Assembly: GCA_973895155.1 (NCBI GenBank)
Contig: OZ316892.1
Span: 24,885,233-24,949,232, forward strand
DNA length: 64,000 nt
Direction: 5' to 3'
Origin: Marsupella aquatica
Taxonomy: Eukaryota > Plantae > Marchantiophyta
Shown: in pieces, positions 1 to 12,879 of the stretch
How the letters are laid out: each line of letters begins with the position of its first letter
Numbering within the stretch: position 1 is the stretch's first letter
Program-made: the position numbers and the translations under genes
The notes under the pieces: model-generated
The model's database searches: none
Told to the model about the DNA's origin: nothing
The model's input: the letters and a program-made list of their open reading frames with translations, nothing else

Positions 1-1174
1 ACTTTGCCCATACCGAGTATCGCCGAAAGCTGCAGAAAAGGGGTGAATCATCTAGTGATCCTCATCCAGAGTTTTGGGATTTTGGGATCAATAGAACTGA
101 GGGGAGCAGTTTGCTGGACGAGGAATCAGTGTCTGCAGAAGACAGGCGACGATCATGTACCGAATGGTGTAGTGACAATGGCTTCGAGTATATTGAAGCA
201 TGTGCCAGTGATGAAGTTTTTGATGAATGTAAAAGTCCCTCCCAACTTAGATACTCTGTGTTACAACAGATTGTCCTGCTGTATGCTTTTTAAAGGTTTT
301 TCAGTATTTACGACTTATTTAATGACATTTGTTAGCCGTTGCCTATCTGACTAGACGTTTCTTACAGGCATGACAGTAGATGGAGATCTCCAAGGTGTAG
401 CTCGAATTCATGGAGCAATTTCCGCACATATGTGGCCTGGCTTGGTTATGAAGGATGGAAACGAAAGCAACGATACAGCAGGATCTAATCTTGAACAAGG
501 TCTTGTCCTTTTCTTTGGTAGAGGTGTCAAGAGATCGCCCATGATTTTCCTTTAGCATGTTTCTTATACTTTTTGATGTTTACAACCATTTCCTTCTGGG
601 CTCTGCAGAGGTCACGAGTGATGATGATTCCGATTATTACATTGAATACGAACTTCTATCAAATGGCTCAGCAGAGCCATGGGAAGCGTCTGGATGGGAG
701 GAGCAGTGGAGCTTCTCCACGCCTGTTGATGAACCTGCAGCAGAATCTTCCGATGGCCATGGTTCAAGCTCTGCGACTGACAATCAGCCAATTGTGCAGT
801 CTGATGGTCAGCATGATAATGATGCTATCAATACTCAAGTTTCAAAGGATAGATCAGTTGGTGACGTAGCACCAACTTCCCAAATTCAGACCAAGGATGT
901 TGAATTGCTCTCAGATGAGCATGTGGATGATCCTGTTGATGCCCAAAATGGTTTTGGACATCAGGAAGTACTTCCCTTAGATGGACCTGAGCGCAATCTA
1001 CCTAGAAACCACGAACTGGAGGATATGGAAAAACTGATGAGTGAGATGGCCAGCATGAGGATGAATATGCGTTCAATGTCAGACCAACATAGAAGGGAGA
1101 TGGCTGCACGACTGGCCTTGAGAATGGCATCCATGTTCAAAGAGGATGAGAGTGGGGAAAGTGATTTAGAGTGA
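1..1174 (+). CDS. Alpha/gamma-adaptin-binding protein p34 (AAGAB)-like protein, 5'-truncated by window edge; exons <1-228, 368-499, 609-1174
   Basis: The frame from nt 3 reads FAHTEYRRKLQKRGESSSDPHPEFWDFGINRTEGSSLLDEE...CTEWCSDNGFEYIEACASDEVFDE|C-MTVDGDLQGVARIHGAISAHMWPGLVMK. The C-terminus reads ...DMEKLMSEMASMRMNMRSMSDQHRREMAARLALRMASMF. The 'WC..NGFEYIE', 'GV.RI.GA.SAHMWPG' and 'D..RRE.AA.LA' motifs are those of the adaptin-binding p34 family. GT-AG introns 229-367 and 500-608 are both phase 1 and join in frame. Confidence 0.85.
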
Positions 1175-3084
1175 CATGTTGGGGATTGCTGTCAGACGAA
1201 AGTCCTCACCCTATGCATTCCCACTAGAGAATTTTATTTTTTGGTACGTTCGACCACGTGTGAGTTTAAACGTTTGGTGTGAAAGCCTTGTATATATACA
1301 TATGGCTAGACCCAAGCTCCTTTGTATGAATGACATGCCATATTCATGTTTTAGGGGCACTGATGTGGAAGCTTTCTGACCAACCATTAACAAACAGCAA
1401 GGAATCTGGCCCTTGTCTGTGTCGGATTCTGAACTTAGTTATAGACTACCGTTGACAGAAGCAATGAATTTATTTTTTCAATGCGGAGGTTTTAGTTACG
1501 AGGACCCAAACAACTTTCTTAGGCGATGACGAATAGGTTGTATCAGGGATCTTCTCACGTTCCTACATCGCATGTGTACCGCCTAGTATCCTCGCACAGT
1601 CGTCTAGGAGTCTGGACATCTCCTTTGTACACGAGTGATTATGGTTGTTCAGCCGATGGATTTCATAGCAGATTTCAACTGGTTGCTTTGTTTTTTCACT
1701 GATTGTCCTAAAACCTTTTGCGTCCTTTCACATGGATGGATTCGCTAGCAGAACACATTACCCAGTCTTTTTCCATTGTACACCTTGTCAGAGGATATTG
1801 AAAAAATATGGCTCATTTCATCTGTAATGTATTTAGTATCTCATTGATTGCTGCATTATACCAACTTAAGATACTATCCACTGTCCGAGTCTATGAACTT
1901 CAAAAGTTTGTCTTAACCATTAGTAAGTGTGAGAGAGAGCATCTCGCCACCTGCTGAGGGAAAGGTAACGATACCCGTTGTGTCTGTTTTCAATGAAATA
2001 AGCTGTTCTGTGTCTGCACAGACCTCTGAAATTGTCACTTGAATGACTATTTGTTACTCACGCGATTCAATTAACAAAGCGCCCACTCTCTCTACACCTA
2101 ACTAGAATGGCTTACCTTTGAATGTCTATGCCAAAATTTGTGATTGACTAATTTGATGTTTCCCACATCTTACTGATCGGCTTTCAACACACTTCAGACA
2201 TGTGCTACAGTGGAATGGTTGGATTGGGAGTGCTATTAGGGCGTCGCAAGGCTGGAATGTATGGTCATGGGACTTTGGCCCTAATGATTTGGTCGTAGCC
2301 CTACCATTAACAGTGAGAAAGGTTTTTAGAATTTCTGATTCAAGTTTCTGTGAGACTGCCATTGTGGACACATGTTAAGGTTGTTTCTTGTGGCCAAAAG
2401 TTAAAAGATCACGTGGGCGGGTGTCCTTAACACGTTAGTCAGTTCCGTAGCAAAAGAGTTACGGACCCTCAAAAGACGAGTTTTGAGACGCCCTAAGAGC
2501 ATTCCACTATAAGGGATGGGGTTAATTTCTTATGTGTGAGGGCAGTCAAGACTCTACATGTTTGAACTAAACCCTTATACATAGTAGTATCTATAATTTG
2601 CATGGAGCCCTGTGGGGGGAGGGAAGTGTGCCAGCAGGGGCAGGGTGGCAGGCAGCCTTAAGAATTAGCCAAACTCTTACCTGGCAAAAGCAGCAGCAAC
2701 TCCTGCAAAAGAATTTTGGGTGAAAAAGTGCCCCATTTGCCAAACGCTATCCAGCGAAGTTGCCACTTGCCTTGACACGAGGTTTACCACCAGGATGATC
2801 AAGTTCGTTCATGCACTGTGCTGAAAGTTAATATTTTTCTTTTTCAAATCATGGCGTGTTGTCGTAGATAATGTCTATAGATTTCATTCCTAAACTCTAA
2901 AAATAGGTGAACATTGACAAATCAGGACTGTGCATCAAGATACTCAGAATAGTCATAAAATATGTATTGTAAAATTTTCCAAAGTTTCACAAACACTACC
3001 TAAAATTGGTGTCAAGAACTCAAAATCTCAATATTTATATATTTATTGCATGAACCTGATCGTCCCTGCTGTACTTATCTTACT

Positions 3085-4000
3085 CAACTCCCACCGCCAG
3101 TCCTATATCCTTCCCGTGACTCCTCAGCCCCAAGTATGCCCACTCACCAGAAACTATGGTATGGCTGGTACTCTCACCCAAAGCCCCCTGCTCCTTTGCC
3201 TAACTCCAGCCCCAAGTATGCCCACTTACCAAAGGTACTTTGTCACTGGTACTCCCACCCACAGACCCATGATTTCTCCTTTGCGTAACAGCCCCAGGTG
3301 TGCCTACTAGCCAGAAAATATGGTAGACATGCTGCTATCCCCATCCCTCCGCCAACTCCCCAGTCCCATACTCCTTTGCCCAACTCCCCAGCCCCAAGTG
3401 TGTCAACAAGCCAGAAACTATGGTAGACTTGTTGGGAATGATCCCCAGCCCCAAGTGTGTCAACAAGCCAGAAACTATGGTAGACTTGTTGGGAATGATC
3501 CCCAGTTCTGTACTACCTTCCCAACTCCCAGTCCCAAGCTTCTGTAAATTTTCGATAAATTGAATTATTTGAATGGTTTTGGGCATGGCCAAGTGGTAAG
3601 GCAAGGGACTGCAGTTGTCCAACACGTACACATCATGGACATCCTGCTTGGATGTGCCAGACTACTTTATCTTTAAGTATTTGGGGTAGAAATAAAAATA
3701 CATAATATTACAATTCCACTGATAAACAGCTCGTCTTGCCGTGACCTTATCTTGGATTCTAAAGTCATCAGTGTCTCAGCCATGTTTGTGACCAAAGGCT
3801 ACTTCAAGTCAAGAATAGGGGAGAGCACTCATCTTGAGGTGGGCTTCCCACGGCAGCCGGGGTAAAGACAGAGGATGCAAGCGTTATCCGGAATGGTTGG
3901 GCGTAAAGCGTCTGTAGGTGGCTTTTTCAGTCCACCATCATACTCCTTTGCCTCTAACTCCCCAGCCCCAGGTGTGCCCATGCACCAGAGGCTATGGTAG
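3085..4000. repeat. Degenerate dispersed/tandem repeat, about 6 copies, including an exact 57-bp tandem duplication (3385-3441 / 3442-3498)
   Basis: The motif ctcctttgcc-(t/c)aactcccagcccca(a/g)gt(a/g)tg...ccagaaactatggta recurs near 3120, 3191, 3277, 3371, 3442 and 3943. The peptide repeat PQPQVCQQARNYGRLVGND in ORF 3320..3547 is a by-product of it. Confidence 0.75.
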
Positions 4001-4456
4001 GGTTGTCCTAATTCAGGTCTACTGTATGAGTTACCAGTGAGTACTTTGTCTATCGTCATATATTATTTTGTAACCAAGGGCCTGACACATACAAAGTCAG
4101 TAATGTGGCTTATGGAATCCCGGAACTTAGCGTTGCAACACACTCAAATTCAGTATTTTTCTGTTTAATAGCATATAATGTCATCAGCAAGGCATACTCT
4201 GTTCACAAATGTTCCAACGCTCATTCAAACAATCTCAAACCAAAACATTTTAATTGGTGACACTATTTCACACTTTACTGAGTAGGGATTGAAACTGATC
4301 ACACAAAAATGTTTTCCTGAACAGTCTTACACTTTATTGAATCAGGATCAACTGATCCAGGCAAGGACTTACGATACCCCGCCACGAAGGGCGAGGTGTC
4401 TCAGTCCTGGCATACTAATGGGGAAATGTGGCAGAGGTGGGTATGTCACCCCTGGA

Positions 4457-4578
4457 TATGGTCCCTTTAAAGCCCCGTCTTCACCTCTGAATATGGGCCC
4501 CTTTTAATTCATTTTCTGTGGTCCCTTTAAAGCCAGGTCCTTGCCTCTGAATGTGGTCCCCCTTTAACTCCTTTTCTG
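4457..4578. repeat. ~61-bp imperfect tandem duplication
   Basis: t(a/g)tggtccctttaaagcc...cctctgaat(a/g)tgg..ccc.tttaa.tc.ttttctg occurs twice in succession. Confidence 0.7.
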
Positions 4579-4748
4579 CTCGTTTCCTTTCTCTCCCTTT
4601 TTGCACCTCCCTCAGTTTGTCTTTTACACCGGCCTTTTGCTTTTGTCGCAACCAAATTTAATTAGTCACCATCCTTCACACTAATTATTGCCATGTAGAT
4701 TCCTTCCCCCAAGCCTCGGGTGCACACTTAAAAAAAAAATTTAAGGAA

Positions 4749-5400
4749 CACTAGTAGAAACCAGGGTGTTATATGACTAGGTTTTACTACTGCCCATGAC
4801 TCCTTGTGACTAAAGTTTGGGGGATATCAAGCCAGCCATAATTTTGACATAGCGTCTTATTTAAAGTGACTGAAATCGAGTGGTCAGCTCTGTGACTAGG
4901 CTTTAAGACACATTTTGTGACTAATAATGACCAACTCCGTACTTGGGCATTTTCGGACGATAAAGTGCTATAGTCTTAGAAATGACTGCAAAGTAGTCAT
5001 TTTCATGACTCGAGACGAGGTATGAATTAGTCACAAACAGTCAGTGAGGAAGAGTAGCCTTTCGCATATATGACTGGTGCTATGGTTCAATATCAGAACA
5101 TGGGCGACTGACTACGACTAGTTGGTCTTAGAAGTTTAGAGTATATGGTCACATTTGTGACCAATGATGACTATTAGAAATCTTAAGATTGGGCTAGATT
5201 GGTCAGTCTTATTGGGGACCATGATGTAATATATGACGGTCATAACTTAATGACCCAAAATGACTCATTAGTCTTGTTCACGACTGCATTCTTTGACCAA
5301 GTGGTCAAAATTTTGACTTGACTGGAGGCAAATGCGGTCTGCACATAGGACTAGAACCATGACTATAATCGACAAATTGAGACTCGTGAAAGTTAACTCA
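4749..5400. mobile_element. CACTA (En/Spm) transposon left terminus with subterminal repeats
   Basis: CACTAGTAGAAA at 4749-4760 is a typical CACTA TIR start. It is followed by about 600 bp dense in (A/G)TGAC(T/C)/(A/G)GTCA motifs in both orientations. No matching right TIR was found in the window. Confidence 0.55.
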
Positions 5401-7689
5401 TTAGATCCCTAAAATCAAAGCACACGCATGCATACAAGTCTTACAAGGATAGAGGAGAGACAAGATAATTCTATTCGAATCTTATAACTCATATTAACTA
5501 TTGAACACACATGCATAATTTCATACAAACAAAATTGTCACAACATGATCAGTGGATGATCCAGGGAATCTCAATTGAATTCTGCATTATGACATGTCTT
5601 GGTAACATTGGCACCAATCATGCATCTGTTTTTCCTTTAGATCATGCATCTGTTTTTAAGTATCAGAAACTACAAACCACACATTTCAGGTCAACATGTT
5701 TGAACACTAGACCTATGAGTCTCAAAGCAAGTGAGCTACCACACAACCATGCCTCAGGTGCAAATTTTATATTCAAAGGTATCAATATCCCTTTTTTGAT
5801 TTTTTGTAGGGAGATTGGGGCCCAACTGCTTTTATTAAAAAAATTGAGCCTTTTGTTTTTACTTTTTTAAATGGTGAAGCTTTTGAGCTAGAAATTGGAT
5901 GGAATAATATGGTAAAGGGTATCATTTGTTCCCATATTATGTAGGTGGATCTTTGGATTTTGACACCCATAGAGGAATGATGGTTCAAGTTATGAGTTTA
6001 GAGAGTGGCTTTTGTTACCTTTGGATGAGCCTCCCTGCCACCCTAGGCAAGGAGTACGGGCATTGACCACATGGTTGTAAGCGCACCTTGAATTGGCCGC
6101 AACGACAATCTTGCACCACTTGGGGCATTAACTGCATAACCCAATAACATGATAGTCGGAAGAACACATAGGATGTCACTCACAAAACTCAACTACCCTA
6201 CCACTTAGCTCCGGCATTGCTTACTTCGACGTCAAGCTCCTCTATGGTCCAGGCCCCCGGGGACGGCCATCCGGTGAGGACTAAGTATGGAAAAACTTGT
6301 GGGCAAGGAAGCATTGCACTAGCAAAGACAATGTGTTGAGTTGGTGATGCACATAAGAGACTTAGATTGGTGTTGGGAGCTGGTCAGGTCATGGGAAGGG
6401 CCGAGCTCAAGGCATATTGTCCGGACCCTGGCATGGAGTTTGAGTTTTGAGGGCTTGAGTGAGAGCTCCTCTTGGGCGCAAGGCCAAAGAAATTTAGTTC
6501 ATGTGGAACGGACGTTTGGCGCACGAGAAATGATGTGGCTTGGGTGCAGCCATCTGGCATCCCAATTGACAATGATTTCTGAGGGCCTTGGCCTAAGCAC
6601 TGTGTCGGCCCAATCACAACGGGCTGAGGCACTTCACCTACACACATCTAACTAGGAAGTTATGGGCCTAACAAGTTAGTTTTGTCGATCGGGGTTGGAG
6701 TCCAGGTAGAGGTCCAAAAATAGGGGACCAAAGTTGGTCCCGGGGTGGCAAGTCTCCAGAAACATATATGAGGGGAGTGATGTCTTCCAATGGGCCAGGG
6801 GCAAGCCCAAGTCGTTAAGCGCGAAGGTTGCGCTACTAAGGGAAACACTCAACAGAAACGACAATCATATTTACTCAACTAGAAGTCCATTGGAGAACTT
6901 ATTGGGTGCATTAGAAACCTCTCAAGGAGGATTACATCCTTTTGATCTCATCTAGGTTTGGAGGTGCCTTTGGCCCTCATGGTTTGCAAGGGCTATCTTG
7001 CCCACTTGCCAATCCTGCCCAAATTGCAGCCAAGTCGCACCCACAAGAGCTTGCGTTGGGGATGCAACGTAGGCACGGGTGTTAAGGTCCAAGTGCATTT
7101 TTTCCTTAAACTCTTGATTGAGTTAGAGCCGTAGAGATGATTGCTAGAGTTGGGACCAAATTGGTCCCAACGTTTGGAACAAGCTTTTTGAAACAAGCTA
7201 ACTATTTGGGCCATGGGCATGTTTTGGAGGCAGGGGGATTAGCCAGTGACAGATAGAAAGTGGGGAAGCTCGGGTGGCACACGGTAGAGGGGCTGTTCTG
7301 GATGGACAATGAGTAGCAACCTTAGCTTCAGCTTATGGCAAGGCCACGCGGACCTGGGAGACTCTATCCGTTGACCTACTTACAAATGGTTGTTGAGCTT
7401 GAGGCAAGACAATGGCCTTGGGATCCAAGATCAAGGCGGGTGACTTACCAATGCGGTTGGATGCTTGTGCAGACAGTAGGGGCCGTTGAGCGGCGGTTGC
7501 GTTGAGGAGCAGGCACCACTTTGTATGGGAGTACCACTGGCAGTGATAGAGACACCGAGTTGCTTGCTCCTGGAGTTCCGTGTAGGCGTTTGGGGACCAA
7601 GAGTACTAAGGCAAGGGTATTGAGTTTGGTGAGGGCATTGGGTGGCTAGGTCCACCACTATGTGTAAGATTCACAAAAGAGTGTTTAGA

Positions 7690-8515
7690 ATATAAGTGCA
7701 CCAACAAAATTAGAAGGGGAGACTCCAGAGTCTTCACAACAAATAACAGGAGAGCTCCCACAAAAATAGAAAGGAAGATTCACAAATCACATAGTGTTTA
7801 CACCAAAGAACACAAGAGCCCCAACAAAATTGAAAGGAAGACTCACAAAGACTTCAAGAAAGAGCACCAAATGTAAGGGAATACTCACAAAGACTGTTAA
7901 CCTCAAAGAACGCGAGGGCCCCAACAAAAATAGAAAGGAAGACTCACATAGACTGTTTAAAACAAAGAACACCAGAGCCTCAACAAAACTAGAAAGGAAG
8001 ACTCACGAGACTGTTTACAGCAAAGAACACGAGAGCCCCAACAAAACTAGGAAAAAAAGAGTCACAGAGACTGTTTACAGCAACGAACACGAGAGCCCCA
8101 ACAAAATCGAAAGGAAGACTCGCAGATACTGTTTACAGCGAAGAACACGAGAGCCCCAACAAAATGGAAAGGATGACCCCAAACACTGTTTACAACAAAG
8201 AACGCGAGAGCCCCAACAAAATCGAAAGGAAGACTCGCAGATACTGTTTACAGCGAAGAACACGAGAGCCCCAACAAAATGGAAAGGATGACTTCCAAAC
8301 ACTGTTTACAACAAAGAACACGAGAGCCCCAACAAAATCGAAAGGAAGACTCACAACGACAGTTTACAACAAAGAACACGAGAGCCCCAACAAATTGAAA
8401 GGAAGACTCACAACCATAGTTTACAACAAAGAACACGAGAGCCCCAAGAAAAATAGAAAAACAAAGACTCACAAAAACTGCTTACAGCACAGACCACGAG
8501 AGCACCAACCAAAAG
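7690..8515. repeat. Minisatellite, ~58-bp unit, about 13-14 copies
   Basis: Consensus is about actgtttaca(a/g)caaagaacacgagagccccaacaaaat(c/g)gaaagga(a/t)gactc. The GAGAG(CCCC) anchor falls at 8031, 8091, 8149, 8206, 8264, 8322, 8380, 8437 and 8498, with more degenerate copies back to about 7690. Confidence 0.9.
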
Positions 8516-9453
8516 AAGGTCTGGAGGGCTGGTCAATGTGGGTGAGGAGCTTTTTGGTTTCTCGACCAACGAGAGCGGCGTGGCGTCATATACTTTTCAC
8601 TGCTCTCCACTAAGGCCATCAATCTCTCGCTTGTTTACTCATCAGTGCCGATTCTCCTCCATCTCTGCCGGATCGAGGCATTACCAGTTACCTCCAATCG
8701 ATGCTCCAGCGAGCGTGTGTGCGAGAGAACGCGGAGCTCGTTAGGAACTCCGCGATTCCTTAAACAACGACCAGTTGTTTGAGTATTTGGTGTTGTTTCG
8801 TTGACTGGCTGCAGTGAGGGTGAACGATCGAGCAAACTATGGCAGCCGAAGCCGAGCACCAGCTGTAAGAACGCCCTGCACGACTTGGCTCATCTCTTTC
8901 ACAGTAGATCGATGTACACATGTGTGAAGGAGAGAAGGAAGTTAAGGAGTGAATTGATGGATCGATGGATGGATGGAGCAACGACGGCATTAGTCACAGT
9001 GGTTTGGTTATGGGCATTAGTCTAATTGCCTCTGCCGTGGCTGAGCAAATTTTTGTCTGTCTTTCCTGTGTCTAGATCTCCAGATCTAGGTGACACAATG
9101 GTCGATTCGACCTTCGTCTGTTGAGGTCTCTGTCCTTTGTTGCCTTTGAAATATCCCATTGAATTCCATTCTAAAGGTTTTTTGGCTTTTTGGCTTTTTG
9201 GCTCTTCGATTTTCCCGGATTTTCTCCTTTGTTTCCCCCCCCCTCCCCCTCTATTGGGTTTCTTGCCTTTGGGATCCTGTCTCCCTGGATGGCGCCCTTT
9301 GTTCTTTGCAGTTATCTATTGAAAGGTCTCTCTGTTTTCCCTTGCAATGCAACTTTACTAAGCAATCAGGAATCAAGCAAGTGGGCCCATGAAACCTTCA
9401 AAGAAGAAGGAACCGAAAATATTGAGAATCAAGGCATGAGAGGCGATGTGGTG

Positions 9454-9488
9454 ATACCAGATACTAGATACTAGATACTAGATACTGC
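9454..9488. repeat. 7-bp microsatellite (GATACTA)n, about 5 copies
   Basis: gatacca-gatacta-gatacta-gatacta-gatactg read directly. Confidence 0.85.
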
Positions 9489-10028
9489 ATTGTGCTAGCC
9501 TGAATTAAATAAAGTAGTGGAGAAGCACGATGTGTCTATAGCTTCTCTGATGGGTACCACCGAACTATTTTCTCTGTGTGTCAAATTTTCTGCACATTAT
9601 GATTGTCTAGAATGAAATTTGCTGGGGACTATGTTTCTTTGTATGAAGTCTACACCATTTATGGTCAGCGTACTTGTTTGTGATCTCCCTCTAATTCAAA
9701 TCCCACTTATATCAGCAACTAGTTAATCAATACAGTAGACACTGAAATATACGAGGGAGCTCGACCGATTTGCTAAACTGTCCCGCTGTTTTACTGACCA
9801 CCTTTCTGCCCTTGAAATTTTGACATATAAGCACTCTTGTTGGATTTGGTCCTATGACCGACTGTCTCCCTGGCAATTGGATGATTCCATACATTCTGTC
9901 AGTGTCCCTTTCTCAGACGCTATTTTCATGTTGGTTCTTGCTCACTCTGCACACATTGACTGTTCGGTCTGTTTCTGTGCAGACCCGAGTTTGTCGATCC
10001 GTCGGCCAATTTTGCCCGACATCGACAT

Positions 10029-12628
10029 ATGATCCCGGGCTCCGAGCCATCTCGACAGGCACATGCTAAGATTCTCGAAGGAAAAAGTGAGAGTGAGTTG
10101 AAGTAAGTCTGCAGAATGAGTACTCAGTGCTTTCGTAGATCTGTTTGGTCATTACCTGTGTCCATAAGATATACTTGCAATTGACTTTCTTAATTACGGT
10201 TATGCTATCTGATCTCCGGAATTGCGTGTCGGTGAGTAAAATGTACATGGAAACGGAAAGAATAAATTTATGGATAATTCATAAAACTGTACAGAAGAAA
10301 TGACAAAAGTCTCAAGACCTGTCCATTGAGAGGAAGCTGGGGGCTAGTAAACTGACAACTACAGTGCACAACGAACTTAGTGTTGCGAAATCAATTTGGC
10401 AAGTCAGTCGTTATTACAGCTAGTCACTCTGCCAGATTGAGATCTTCATTATGTTGAAGATTTGTTACTGTCCCCCATCATATTAGGAGATTTGGTCACA
10501 CCTTCAAAACCGTATACATGGTCTTGAGGGTCGTCCCGAAATGTTGAATTTTTTGAGGAGATTGTCCGGAGGGTGCCGTTTCTTCATGATTGTAATATTG
10601 AATGCTCCGGACCAACAGAAGTCTTGTCAATGTGATCCTTGTGTTGTGATGAGCTTGCTTGGGGTGCTGCTATTTGTGATCCCCGTCAGTGGTGTATCAA
10701 GTTGGATTTGGTATGGATGTGATCTAAGAGTGTCTACGATGTTTTTGATTGGAGATGGTGGTCGAAGGACACAGTGGCAGTAGTAACGGGAAGCAACAAG
10801 GGCCTTGGTCTCGAGATTGTGCGTCGCCTCGCAACGAACGGCATCACTACGATCTTGACAGCCCGAGATGAGAGTCGAGGGATCGCAGCAGTGAATGAGC
10901 TTAAGTCTCAAGGGCTGGACAATGTGTTGTTTCATCCACTTGATGTCACCAGTCAAGATTCTGCTGCCAAGCTCGCGAGCTGGATAAAAGAAACGGTTGG
11001 AGGCATCGACCTTCTGGTATGTCAATGACGTTTGCTTCCCCTGACCATTCGAAGATATACACCAACTCTCGATGAATTAACGCTCATGTATGAAGGTAAC
11101 AACAACTCGGAGCAAGATGAACTGGGAAACTCATGGAAATCATCGCTGAGTGTTCCCTCGTGTCCTCCTAGGGTCAGTGTTTTAGTCTGAAAGTAATATG
11201 TGAAGGCAGTTTCAGAGCTTCAATTGAAACTGAATCATTATGACAATATTTAGGACCACGTAGCTGAGAGATAACTATTAAGGCGCTGTTCTGTTCGTTC
11301 GCTGGAAATAAATGAGTGTCAGAGATGAGGGTTATAGATTAAAGAACGAATATACCCCGTCCTCTTCATGGCCTTCTTCACATATTGATAGATGATTACC
11401 TCAGTGAAATGTTCCACCTTACTTTGAAAAGGTCATCAGCGTATTTCGACGTCAGGGCTGGAGGGTATGATCATTGGGAAACAGGATCAGCCTCTCCTTT
11501 GGGGACTTTCATAGTATATCGTTTTACCATCTCTTGTCATCAAGATTTATGAATGCCAACGATGTCACTCGTTGTGTCGTCCTTTGCAAACAGTGGTGCG
11601 GATCTTTTGAGAAAACGTATGCTTGTTTTCTTGGTAGGTTTGCAATGCTGGAATTGGTTCTTTAGACGTCAACTATGAGACGGCAAAACGTATTATAGAC
11701 ACAAACTACTTCGGTGCAAGGACATCTGTATCGGCTTTGTTGCCTCTCGTGAAACCATCAATTGCTGGCGCACGCATTTTATTCATTGGCTCAGAATGTG
11801 GACAACTTGAGGTGAATAGCCCAGAACATTTCTTCCCCTGTTTCAGCGTGGTTTGTTTTTTAAGTGGTTTTTTTTTTAAGATGTCATGAGTCTGCGTTAT
11901 CTCGGATGCTTAGACGAAGTCGCGCTCTGATTACTCAAGGCAACCTCTAGAGCTCAGCGTTGGTGCAGTTGAAGTTTATGACGGCAAACACCGCCACTGT
12001 TTTATGTACATGTATCTCCAGTCGCTTTGCTCACTGAAAAAGTAGGCTGGAGATTCTAAATTGACATAACCTTCACCAGTGATTGGGATGGAATGGCACT
12101 AATGACTATATGGTACGGTAAGACCTCTGTGTGTGTGAACTCGTCATTGCTCAGACGTTCATTCTTTCTCAAGGATATTAACTTTGCATAGCGAAATGTG
12201 ACCCAAGGCACTGCAATCTTCTCTGAACTGTGGTGCAGGTCCTGAAAAGTGAGAAGCTGAAGCAACAATTAGCTGACGTAGATCATCTTACTGAAGAGGA
12301 TGTGGATTCACTGGCGAGGACATACTTGGACGATGTCAAAGCAGGAAGCCACTGGACGGACCAATTTTTTCGACAGTACAATGAATCTAAAGTGCTGTTA
12401 CATGCTTATTGCAGAGTGCTTGCAAAACGGCTTTCAACTCGCGCCGAGGGGAACAAGATTTATGTGAATGTTTGTACCCCCGGGTTTACTACCACTGATA
12501 TTGTCGGAATGCATCCAGCTGGTCGCACAGTAGAGGAAGGTGCGGATACTCCAATTTGGATTTTACTCTACCCGAGTGGAGGTCCCACCGGGGGCTTCTT
12601 CAAAGATAGGGCAGACGTACGTTTTTGA
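10029..12628 (+). CDS. Short-chain dehydrogenase/reductase of carbonyl reductase / (+)-neomenthol dehydrogenase type (SDR copy 1), ~299 aa; exons 10029-10102, 10755-11016, 11638-11811, 12239-12628
   Basis: Contains WWSKDTVAVVTGSNKGLG (TGxxxGxG), LTARD, FHPLDVT, GGIDLL|VCNAG, TNYFG, catalytic YNESK, PGFTTTDI and EEGADT...LLYPSGGPTGGFF. All junctions are GT-AG and in phase. Exon 1 is supported by homology to exon 2 of the paralog at 57927-57855. The start codon is less certain because an acceptor at 9982 leaves the frame open upstream. Confidence 0.9.
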
Positions 12629-12879
12629 ATTTGCACGAGGCATCACTTCTGTCTGACCGCCATTGTTACGACTAGCGTTCCAGTTCTCGACTAGAGCTGG
12701 CATTGGAGTTTGTATCTTGTCAGATTCCAGATTACATAAATTTCTGTGCATAACCTGAGTGATCTGCCAGGACATGGGTTTCAGATATAGAAAGAGCCTG
12801 ACTAGGATGTTTTTCGAAGGCAATGTTTTCAGAAGCTCGTCTTCATGTCACGATATCAGAATAATAGTTGAGACTGTGC

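Noticed and set aside
2494-2600. TAA-GAGCATTCCAC... Tourist-like end with a short inverted TATAAGGG/CCCTTATA
   Set aside because: No matching right TIR or TSD.
7690-8515. Regularly spaced repeats resembling a CRISPR array; ORFs 7794..8291 and 8164..8613
   Set aside because: Whole units repeat with no unique spacers, there are no cas genes and the context is eukaryotic. The ORFs are translations of the minisatellite.
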